Position numbers and translations under genes: made by a program
NCBI GenBank assembly: GCA_002633005.1
Contig: NMRA01000111.1
Location: forward strand, 800,656 to 864,655
Length of the DNA stretch: 64,000 nucleotides
DNA from: Phoronis australis
Taxonomy: Eukaryota; Animalia; Phoronida
Direction: 5' to 3'
Shown here: piece by piece, positions 12,301-24,300 of the stretch
How positions within the stretch are numbered: the stretch's first letter is position 1
Layout: the number at the start of each line of letters is the position of its first letter
The notes under the pieces: generated by a model
Databases searched by the model: none
Told to the model about the DNA's origin: nothing
The model's input: only the letters and a program-made list of their open reading frames with translations

Positions 12301-15300
12301 CTGTCCCATCCATGAAAGAAACATATCAGCAAAATTTAATGAACATAAATATGGAATGGTTTTGGAAAAAGAGCAACAGATGCCGGATGGACAGGGATGA
12401 TGGCGCATAAGAATAATTCCAAGCATGCATTCTAGAATAACATGACTACCCCATGATTGTGGTGACTTAAGTTCAGTGGAGCCTGCACACCCTCAGTTTC
12501 GACGTAAATTATGATAAATGAGATATTCCATTAGATGGGTTCCAACCACATTGATGAGCTGAGCATGTTACATAGAGAATCTGAGTGTAAGACAGCTAAA
12601 CAGGAAACAAAAGATTTGCTCCAAGTTCAGACAAGTAAAATGAATTGAAGATGGATTAGGTTGTTTTTCAATAGAAAATCAAACTTAAGGTACACATAAA
12701 AAGAAGCAGAACATCAATTCTGCAGACTTTTCAATGTGAATGTCTGAAAACAAGACAATAAATCATGACATGCGGATGATTTTAAAAGCGTTTAATGGGA
12801 AATGGTTGGTTTAATAGGAAATGGTTCGTTTTTGACACTTGAGGACAATTACCAGGACATTCTGTTATCAGGTATGACAATAAGTGGACTTCATTGTACA
12901 ACCATTAATTGCTATTGTTAAATCCTTTCAAAGTTATATTACCTGAGCTTATTAAGTCATTGACCTCAAACGCTGCATTTACTAATGATCTAATCACAAT
13001 TAATTCTTGACATCTAAATGTCAACCTAATCAAAGAAGATTATACTATAAAGTCAAAAAATTAATTCCATTGCATTATATTTCGTAATTTCATCTTTCAA
13101 GAATCCAATTTCTCTTGACTTCGATAATTAAGGGACTATTATACAAAAATTCAAGTCGTGCTTAACTGCCACAAGAACCATACATGAAGTGACATATGGC
13201 TGGACAACAGGTATTTACAGTAGCAAATAACAGAATCACAAACTTTTAATAATTAAAAACAAACCCACATTATGTCAAGGTGAACAAGTCTACATTTAAT
13301 CATAACAAAATACTTTGTTGAGAATAGTCCCAAACTGTGTTTTAATAATCAATTTAAAAATGAATTCAAATTGGAAAAATTTTTAATTTTGAATATACCC
13401 CGTGCACAATTTATGTCCATGGCACGTTTTCGTTGTTCTAGCCACAGTCTCATGATTGAAGTAGGCAGGCACATGAATTTGGATAGGGCAAACAGAGTGA
13501 GTCCCTTCTTCTCCAATGTTGTAGAAGAAGAGTATAATTTCCTTCTAAGCTGCGATAAATATTCTGAACTGAGACAAAATTATATTGAAGTGTACAACTG
13601 GAATTTTCCGTCTTTTTTCAAGTTCAACAGATTAATGTCAACAAGTGATGATGCTTAAAATTAGTTAACCTATGTAAATACTTTTTTACGCTTTTTGACT
13701 ACGTGATAGCTTGCTGCACTCTTAAGTATGTTATATGTTGTCCCTGTGTACAGTAGGCCTATGGCTTTTTTACAGGAATAGATAGATTGAGAAAATAACT
13801 GTATATAATAATGTAACCTGCATTACCTTGCACTTTTCCTGCAGTCTCATATTTTCTTCGTTGGAACTTTTCAGCCTGTCCATTAAACTCAACTTTTCAC
13901 TTTCCAACTTCGAACAGTCATTTTCCAACTCTGTGATCCTTGTAGTTAACTTTGACCTTTCCTCGTCAAACGAGTGATCGTCCCCATTAGGCACCTGTTG
14001 AGCTGTGCTGTCAACCTGCATAACAGTGGACGTACACTACATTACAACAAAGGTCAAACATGTGGGAATCAGATTATTTTGTCAGCTATTACTTGGGCCT
14101 CGTGTTTAATGGTTATACTCAAAACCCAACTATTGTCTAATTGCAAGCCAAGCTTGGAGTTAACGTACAAGTGTGTAACTCTAAATCATGCACTGTGATT
14201 AAGTTCTGAGACTGAGTTCAGAGATTAAACCTTGGGCCAAGATTAAGATGAGTTCCAAACTTCTCTACCTTAACCACAATAATCTAATATGTTCATCCTT
14301 AAGAACAGAAAATATACATCAAAATAAAGGTGAAGTTGGAATTTAAAGATTAGATGTTGAGCCCAGCCATAGCTAGACACACAAATAGCAAAGCTTTCTC
14401 ACCACTTCAGCCGATCGACTCTCATATTCCTGTATCTTTCCTTGATATGTCTTGATCTCGTTGTCCTTGTCTGACAGAGATCTATTCAAGCCCTCTAATT
14501 CTGTATTCAGCCTGTCCACTGTAGCTTGTAGTATGCCCACTTGTTCACTGTTCACCCCTTCCTCACCATCTTCTGTTAACATGGCTTTAGCCTCCGCCAC
14601 AGTTACGTCATTTCTCTGTTGAGATGTGAACAAGAATTAAATATGGAATTGACTAGTCGTGAAGCAGTAGCAACTCTTATCACTGAGCACAGCTTAACTT
14701 CACGTTTAGGCAACCATAGCAATGTGACATTTACAGAACAGAGAGGGAAATTGGTGTTTTTGACACTGCACCTCATATCCACCATTTTGCACACCTTAAG
14801 TCATCCAATAAATGAATTCATCAATTGATTTTTTCAGAAGTGATTTCCAATTAACAGTCAATGTGGTTACAGTTAGCTTGTAACTGCTCTCTCCTACAAT
14901 GAAAAATAACTTTGAAAACTCCAAAACAACACATCTTATACATTTACTCTGACCAAACAAACAAAAACTCAAATACTCCATCACTTTCTTTACACTGACA
15001 TACTGGTACATAAGATTCCAGCCTACTGCTTTGAATTTTGGCAACTGCACTTTCATTCCATTTAATGAACTCATTCCAAAGAACTCATGCTGATCAGACA
15101 ACCACGGCTGTAGAGCAATCTACGCACCAGCTTCTGAATGGCTTCATCCTTCTCCGCTAGTTGCGACTTTTGTGTCTCGATTTCTTCGAGTAGTCTGGAT
15201 ATGTCGTCTACCGTAGCACCATTCGTGACTCCGTCCACATGTAGTGAGTTCTGTGTTCCTGGTGAAGAAATTAGGGGTTAAAACCACAGGGAAACTTCCA

Positions 15301-18300
15301 ACACAAACACCACATAAGTTTTTTTAAACTACTGTTGAAAGTAATTGCTCAAGACACTGCATCACACTGAGATAAATGTAAATGACAAGGGAATTATGTT
15401 CAAAGTATCTCAAGATGAGGTACCTTAGATGACATGTTCAGGAATGGAAGTCATTTTTCAAATAAAAGTTTAAGACAGAAAAGGCATGATGTTTAACTGT
15501 TGATACATAACTTAACATTTACTTTTATACACGCCCCTATTTCATTCTTTCGGTCACCAGAGCACAGTTAATGTTAAGGGTTAGTTCTCAGTGACTAGGG
15601 AATCATAGTCTAATATGCTGACACCACAAGGCCATATTACAATACAGTAACACTGTGTACTAAACAAACAGAGCATTTTGAAGAAACAATGATAGCTTTT
15701 TAGGCTTTCATACATCATCACCATAAAATCTAAACAACAAAACATGACTAAATTAATGCTGCTCAATACACACAAAGACATCTAATGATACTACAGAACC
15801 AATAGAACTACATAAGGTCACTGTTGCTGGTTGCATGAAACAGTCACAGATAGTGACAACACTATGTTCCCCAAATTTCTCTGCATCTGTGTATATGCAC
15901 TAACACTGATCATCCTTCTGGTATTGTGTCGCTTTTCCTGACCCAATTTTTAGCTCTGATACATGCCAAGAGTAAACATGAATTCTTATTATAAAATAAA
16001 CAGGGACCTTTTCATGCAACATCCGTAATTTAAGGACTTATTTTATATTTTCAATAGAATAAGGAGTCACTTTTCAGATTATATTAGGAATTGCCACCAG
16101 TAAACCAGAAGCTCATAATGAATATCAAGAGAAAGAGAGTAAACAACCTCCAAAAATGCCAAGGGGGCAGTTTCATGCAACAGTGTTAGTATGTTGTATA
16201 CCAGGATGGCCACAGGCACATGGTCGTGAACGTGACATTGTTTTATTCAAGAATGAAGACGGTACCCACACTTATAGACTTCACAAACCACACGATAATC
16301 TTGACTACGACAGGGCGTACATTAAAATAGACGCCAGACTCCTCATACCTCCACTTTTCGTCTTGAGCAGAGAATTCTGGTCCTTCAATAGCTGCACCTG
16401 CTGTTTGAGCTCGTCAATTTCTTTATTGCTGTCTTCAAGTGTTTTCAGTTCACCTCGCAACTTGGTTAACTCCATATCCTGTATACGATTATAAAAACTA
16501 TCACCACTACACCTTGTGAGAAAATGAACATGGGAATGATTTTCAAACTCTTAACTTGTTTCAGGTATACTCATTAACATTAGTTAGGTCTATTCTCAAC
16601 TCTTCTCAGATTACCTTCTTGTATTCACTCACGATTCTCTCCTGTTCTTGTACACTATAGTCAGGTATATCCTCGCCTGTTGCCTAACTAACTCCTAATA
16701 TTGGTTCACAATACTCTCCTGCGTCTATATTCTATAGTAGAGACCCTGGCTTTCTGTTTGCGAAAATAGAGAAATTCGTTTCAGCAAATACTAAATTAAA
16801 TTCTTTGTTTTGTATATTTAGAAAAATCCATTTTACTAATTTCAAAGTGAGTTATAACTTAAAAATAATCAGTTGAATTATGTCACAGTTATGTCACTAC
16901 CAACAACTTGCTGCACACCATGTTCATTGTTTCTCAAATCTGGAAAACAACAGCGCCACCTTCAGAAAGTATGAACAACAACTTGAACGTGTTTGTTATA
17001 CAACGATCGCGGATCGATTTATGGCAAGAATTACTGAATATGATGGATTAACATATTCTTACTTTTCGGTGATTAAAACCAGAATATTTACTACAATTAC
17101 GTTGAAATTTCAATCATAATTTCCTGAACAAGTGAGATTCCGAGAATTCTGTCCATCACTGCAGAAAACCAGGGAGTCCACTAGTCAGGTATAGCATTAC
17201 CTGGTCTCTAATCAGTTCCTTGTACTGACTCACAATACTCTCATGCTCCTGCACATTATGATCCTTTTTCTTCTGTTCAGCTGCACCCTCAGGACTGACA
17301 CACTTGTGGACTTCATCTGAAGATGACACAATCACAGCATAAATAAACACGAGACAGAGCACAAGTAAACACAAGAGACACTATTCACCTCGCACTTCAT
17401 TGCTTTTCAAAACAATCTCTTTGTTAGTTCAAAATGTTAGGAAAATTCATAACACCAGAGAACACCATCTTTAAAATATTGCTTTCTCTTACCATCTCCG
17501 CATTCCTCGGGAATGGATCGGTCAGCAGGCAAAGAAAAATTTTCAACTGTTAGTTGTCAGGCGCACTGAGTGCTCAATATACGTCAAGACATTCCTTTTG
17601 TCAGATGGTGTTAACCCACTTACTTTCTGTACTTTTAAAAAGCCTGCAGAACTCGTAATCAAACAACACTTCACTGGACTGTTTGTGGTTTAAGTGAGGT
17701 TTTTTGGCCGCTTTTGTGTATGCTTCATGTTTTGACACCTGGTTCAACTTGTCGGAAAATGTCTCGAAATTTATCCTCTTGTCAACTATTTGTGTAAGTC
17801 GATCCCTGAAAACATAAGTGAATATTAATCACAGCTTGAATAGCACAGAAAACACAGTTTTATAGCAAAGAGTAAGTCACACCATCTGTTATTTCAAAAC
17901 CATTGACCAAAAGTAACATGAAGCTGCAGTCATGACGGTTTGGTTGCTGCAGGTTTTATACTTTTTTGTTGTTCTAAAACTGAATTCCTTGGCAAGAAGA
18001 ATTTTCGAATTACAATAAAACCTGAGATCAATCCATTTCTTTCCAAATTTTAAACAGCTAAAAAATTGTTCTCTACAATGCATTCACACGTGAGATGTTG
18101 TGTTCTAAATAGAGCTTTTTAAATATCAAATTAGACTTGCTAAGAATACCTGGATAACTTTCTTTAAACTACTGCAACAGTCATGCATTGTAACAGTACA
18201 TAACATACCTAGTGTAGTTTGGCACCTGGTTGTCATTGTAGAAGACACAGAGACCAAGGAGGAAGGCACAAAGACCGTGAATAAGGAGTTCAGTTTCATC

Positions 18301-21300
18301 CGTCTCTGAAGACGACACTTGCGATATTAGCTATGGCTGGTTAAGGAAAAGATTACAAGAATGTTTTTTGACAGACAACAGGTTTGTAGCATGCAACATC
18401 AAGCCTAGAAGTACTGTAAAGCCCAGATTTACAATCAAGTATCTACTGCATCTTATCAAGGATGTGGTTTGTCAACATGGTCATTTCAACACCTGCAGAA
18501 TAAAATTGTGCAAATGTTGATAAGAAAAATGATAGATTTAAATTGGCTTGAAATGTTTTGGCATTTATTAAAACATCATCCTCAGAAGCAAAAACAATGA
18601 CCCCCTTGCTAGACCCAACAACATGTAATGATACACAGACAGTCAGTTACAGGAGAGTAACAATAGACTAGACCAGACTAGCAATGACAACCTGTGGTGT
18701 CCCAGATGCCTATTGAGACAGGTCTTACACCAACTGTTGTGCAGAGCTTTGTATTCACCATTTGAAAACCTGGACCAGGGAACATCTAAATTCTGATAGA
18801 AGTTCACATATTAATATTCATCTGCAGAGCTCCAATCATTGTTATGAGCAATGCTCTTTCAATGTCTTTGCTATAATAGACCAAGCAGAAACAACATGGG
18901 AGCTGAAAATTTGTGAGGCTCTACATAACAATTGATGCAAGACCACTCTCACTTAGGCAACTGGGACACCACAGGTTGTCATTGTTAGTCTAGTCTATTG
19001 TTACTTCCCTGTTAGTGACTGTGTCTGTGTATCATTACATGTTGTTGGGCCTAGCAAGGTGGTCACTGTTTTTACTTCTGAGGATGGAGTTTTAATAAAT
19101 GCTGAAACTTGTCAAGCCGATTTAAATCCATCATTGTTTTTATCAAAATATGTTGCTACTCGCTATCATGGAGAAAACTGTGGATAACATTGAAACCATA
19201 CTACATTACAATGAATGTTGACTGAATTGACAATAACACGTTACAAAATCAATGAACATTGTTCCAATCATCACAGACTTCCATTGGCTGAATAATAATT
19301 ACACAAATCTATAGTCAACATCAGCAGCATTTATCAGTGGACAAAAAGGCCAAGAACAACTTGTGTGCAACATAACACAATACACAACGAAGCGTGGCAA
19401 TATGAAGGATACGAATGAAACATTAGCATCATTGGTGAGGAACTGTTGAACAGCAACAGGGCACTCACTCAGCCACACACAGATCATCATAAGTAGACCT
19501 ACACGAGTCTGCAGTTTGGTGCTCTGCAAATGGTGGATAGAAATGAAAATTTAAAAGTTAACAAGTCACAACTTCAAACAATTATCACCCAGAGAATCAT
19601 AACAAAGGTGAATTTTTACTTTTCAAACTACAGATGACCCCATCCAGAGCATAGTACACAGTTTTTTTACTTAACTTACAAAAGAGATCAACAATTTTAT
19701 TGGCTTTGTCACTTAGCACCCGCACCTGGCATATGTCCTATTAGTGAGATCCTACTGAAAACTACCATGCTGTGAATGTCCTATGATTCGTACATAACGT
19801 GGGAACTTGTCACATCAGACATATAGGAGAGAAACAAACTCTGCATCCAATCTTTGTCACTGGGAGATCAAAAAATGTCCACCCGATGACATTCAAGAAG
19901 AGACTGAAACCGGTACTTTTGACAGTAAGGTGCTGATGAACATAAACAAATCTTCAATGAAATAGTGCAAGGGACCCCAGTTAACAAAACCAAATTTAAG
20001 TGCAAAGTAATATATGCGGTATAGAATACTTCAACGAGATGGTTGGCCATCCTTGAGTGATCACATTTGTGTCCCTTACTCTCTAACACACATGACATGC
20101 TTCAAGCCATACCCAAGACAGGGGACATATTCTTGATACAAGCATAAGATCGCTAAAATATCAGACACTTAATATTCCAGACCATTTTCAATGGCAACAC
20201 ATAACTACAGGTGGCTTTTTACTACTTATTATAATTATATCAGGAGTTAGTTTTGTTTTATGCTGGTAATAGTGACTTTTATTCATTTCTATCTCAAACA
20301 GTATGTTAGTTCATAATTTATCCTCCATCTCAGACAGTATTATAGAACATATTTCATTCTCTACCTGAGACAGTATGTTAGTACACAATTTATCCCTTAT
20401 CTCAGACAGTATTATAGAACATATTTCATTCTCTACCTGAGACAGTATGTTAGTACACAATTTATCCCTTATCTCAGACAGTATTATAGAACACATTTCA
20501 TTCTCTACCTGAGACAGTATGTTAGTACACAATTTATCCCTTATCTCAGACAGTATTATAGAACATATTTCATTCTCTACCTGAGACAGTAAGTTAGTAC
20601 ACAATTTATCCCTTATCTCAGACAGTATTATAGAACATATTTCATTCTCTACCTGAGACAGTATGTTAGTACACAATTTATCCCTTATCTCAGACAGTAT
20701 TATAGAACATATTTCATTCTCTACCTGAGACAGTATGTTAGTACACAATTTATCCCTTATCTCAGACAGTATTATAGAACATATTTCATTCTCTACCTGA
20801 GACAGTATGTTAGTACACAATTTATCCCTTATCTCAGACAGTATTATAGAACATATTTCATTCTCTACCTGAGACAGTATGTTAGTACACAATTTATCCC
20901 TTATCTCAGACAGTATTATAGAACATATTTCATTCTCTACCTGAGACAGTATGTTAGTACACAATTTATCCCTTATCTCAGACAGTATTATAGAACATAT
21001 TTCATTCTCTACCTGAGACAGTATGTTAGTACACAATTTATCCCTTATCTCAGACAGTATTATAGAACATATTTCATTCTCTACCTGAGACAGTATGTTA
21101 GTACACAATTTATCCCTTATCTCAGACAGTATTATAGAACATATTTCATTCTCTACCTGAGACAGTATGTTAGTACACAATTTATCCCTTATCTCAGACA
21201 GTATTATAGAACATATTTCATTCTCTACCTGAGACAGTATGTTAGTACACAATTTATCCCTTATCTCAGACAGTATTATAGAACATATTTCATTCTCTAC

Positions 21301-24300
21301 CTGAGACAGTATGTTAGTACACAATTTATCCCTTATCTCAGACAGTATTATAGAACATATTTCATTCTCTACCTGAGACAGTATGTTAGTACACAATTTA
21401 TCCCTTATCTCAGACAGTATTATAGAACATATTTCATTCTCTACCTGAGACAGTATGTTANTAACCACTAAGGCAAGTTACTGAAACAAAATACCACAAC
21501 CACCCCCACCTACTAATCTGTAAAACGTACCATCAGCAGAAGATGGCAACAACGTCTGCACAATCTGTGACTGTCCCACCTCGTTCTTGTACAGGAATGA
21601 CTGGAAACAGTATAGCACGGCACAGCGCAGCACGAATGGCTGCTTCTCATTCACCATGGACATGAGCAGAACAACGATGGCCGGTCTGGGAGGGTTAGAG
21701 GGAGCCATGACTGAGGCAAAGTGTTCCTGGTTGGCATGATTACCGCGGATGACCTCTGACACCGTGTTTATGGTCTGGAAGATAAGTGAATACTTGGATG
21801 TATTTAGTGCTTGCCATGACAATCAAAAGACAGAAATCAAACTAAAAAAGCCGAGAAATCGGAGAGTGACATGTTACATTAAAGTACATGTTGTACACCT
21901 GGGTTAAAATTCATCGATTTTTTAAACCACATAACAAAACCAATGAATAGACATCATGCACTCAACACACCTTTATAAAGATAATTAATGCTATATAAAT
22001 GGTTCCGAATATTAAGTGACACAGAAAGTCACTACTACAAGAAAAAAATCATCAGAAACTAACAGAAAATCAACCTACTTCTGTAAGGACCTCTGCTGGC
22101 ACCCCACTTGCCATCAAAATGGAAGATAGCTGCTGTAAGAGTCCACACTGTGACATGGCCTTCTGACTCAGGGTGGCCTGCTGTTGAGGGTTGGTCGGTG
22201 ACACCAGGCTACGCACCAACTGGACAGAAATTAGAAATAAAATGATCACAACACATGCTGCTAGTGGTGGCACTTGTACAGTGTGCTTGAATTCATTATT
22301 GATGCAATAATAGTATTGTTTTAGCAGCCACACATCTCTTGATGGCTTTGGTCATACCAATCTGTCAGGAAATATGTAACACAATGGAAATGTATTAGCA
22401 ATTAATGCTTTATCTTTCCCATGGTATTTACTATCCTAGCCATGCATTAAATTTAACCAGCGAGGTAGAGTTTGGGTGACCTGTAGCCCATGCCTTGATG
22501 ACAAAAGCACACACTTTACAACAAACAACATGTTCTCAAAATATTTCAAATTTGTAGTTTTGTTCAGAGTTCCTTTTTAATTCTTCATGTTTGTCACAAT
22601 AGAGGTTTGCTTACAAGCCAACTGAAAATTGCACCCTGAATGCAAATCGATACAAAATTCCTTGAATTTCCTTATCTATTATATACATTCTCAAGTATTG
22701 CTAGGGCAACACAACTATACATCCAAACTAGCTTTTTAATCCAGATATTGTACTGAGGATATTAAGAGGGTATTTCTGAAACCATTCTACCTGTAACATA
22801 AGATGAATGTTGGATACTTTTTGCGCTGACCATCCTCCCTGAGGGTTGGTGTCTGCTTGGTGCAGGTCAAAGTATGGTGTCAGTCTCTTAATATAGCTGC
22901 CCTCTCTGAACAAGGTCTGGTTAGATGAGTTATTCTTGAGCAGGTTCAACAACAGCATGAGAGAGTCTTCCACTACAATACCTGTGAAAGACAGTTCACA
23001 TCTAGCTTTAAGAAACAGGGTTCAGGCCGAACACGCAAGGTCAAACCCGGTCAGATTCTTTCGTTTTCAACCACTCTGATTACGACATGGAGATCAGGAG
23101 AGAGAATTGATGCCCAGTAAAACAATGTGAGCATACACTTACAGAATCCTGGAGTGGACAGAAAGTGAGTATTAGGTCACAAGTCTATTTCTAACTCAGT
23201 ACACGACGTTTTATGCACTTAACAAAGCTCCAAGAATGAGCGGACAGAAAGTGAGTATTAGGTCATAAGTCTATTTCTAACTCAGTACATGACGTTTTAT
23301 GCGCTTAACAAAGCTCCAAGAATGAGAGCCACTACATAGCAATGTTATGTGTTTTCAGAAGTGTTACATACGTCAAAAAAGTCAAACTTTTTAATACATC
23401 TTCATCATTACACAACACTTAAACACAATCAAACTGAAAGCAAAAAGCTACCAAACAAGTGATTCTGATTACGAGTGACCAGTAAACCCACCGTACCTCC
23501 ATCACTGTTTCCCTCCTCTGTCACAATGTCCAACAGTCTCTCATAAGCATTCTCAAAGGCGACAATCTTCTGGATGTTAGCATTGCCTTTGGTTAGCTGG
23601 ATAAGCAGAAGTAAGGCCTGCGGACAAAAGAACACTTTGCAAAATTCGTCCTTTTGTGTGTTTTGCTTTCAGGAATTTTAAAAGCATGTCTCTGCCAGTG
23701 GACCTGCATGACAGTGTACAGATGATCTATGACGATGCAAGTCACTGAGGTTAACATAATGCATTAAGCTGATGAAGAATGAATCGGCATGAAATCGCTC
23801 AGATAAACAGCCATGATTACAATATCACACGTAAAATTTCAGCCAAATGCTTCCTCACCCAAAAGTATGATGCTTTAATGCAGCCATTCCACAACAACAA
23901 AGTCAGTATCATGGAAAGTTACCAGATAGGATAACTTTCTTGCCACTAGTGCTTTGAGTGAGATAAAAAGTTCTTATTGATCACGTTTTTGCAACAACAG
24001 CCCCATATGATTGCGACGAGTGCAAAGTTTGGAGTTTATGCATGTCCATTAGCACGCAAACTTGGTGACGTTCATTCTGATGCCTTCAGCTCTTGTAACT
24101 AGAAGAACAAGCCTTTATGCACCTGGGGCGCATTTCTTCACTTTTTGTCGATGCCAGAAGCCACATTTTACACTTAATGTTCGCAACATGTTCCTATCTG
24201 GATCATGGGCACATGCTTTTCTCAGTCAAATGAGTGTGCATACACAATTTCTTTCAAATACTGATTTATCTATCCATTGGTTGACACAGCAATGCAGCAA

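Noticed and set aside
20311-21468. 385-aa repeat ORF as an independent gene, or the array as a CRISPR
   Set aside because: The ORF start lies across an N gap. The units are identical with no unique spacers, and the context is a eukaryotic intron. It is explained as the amplified USO1 exon/donor junction.
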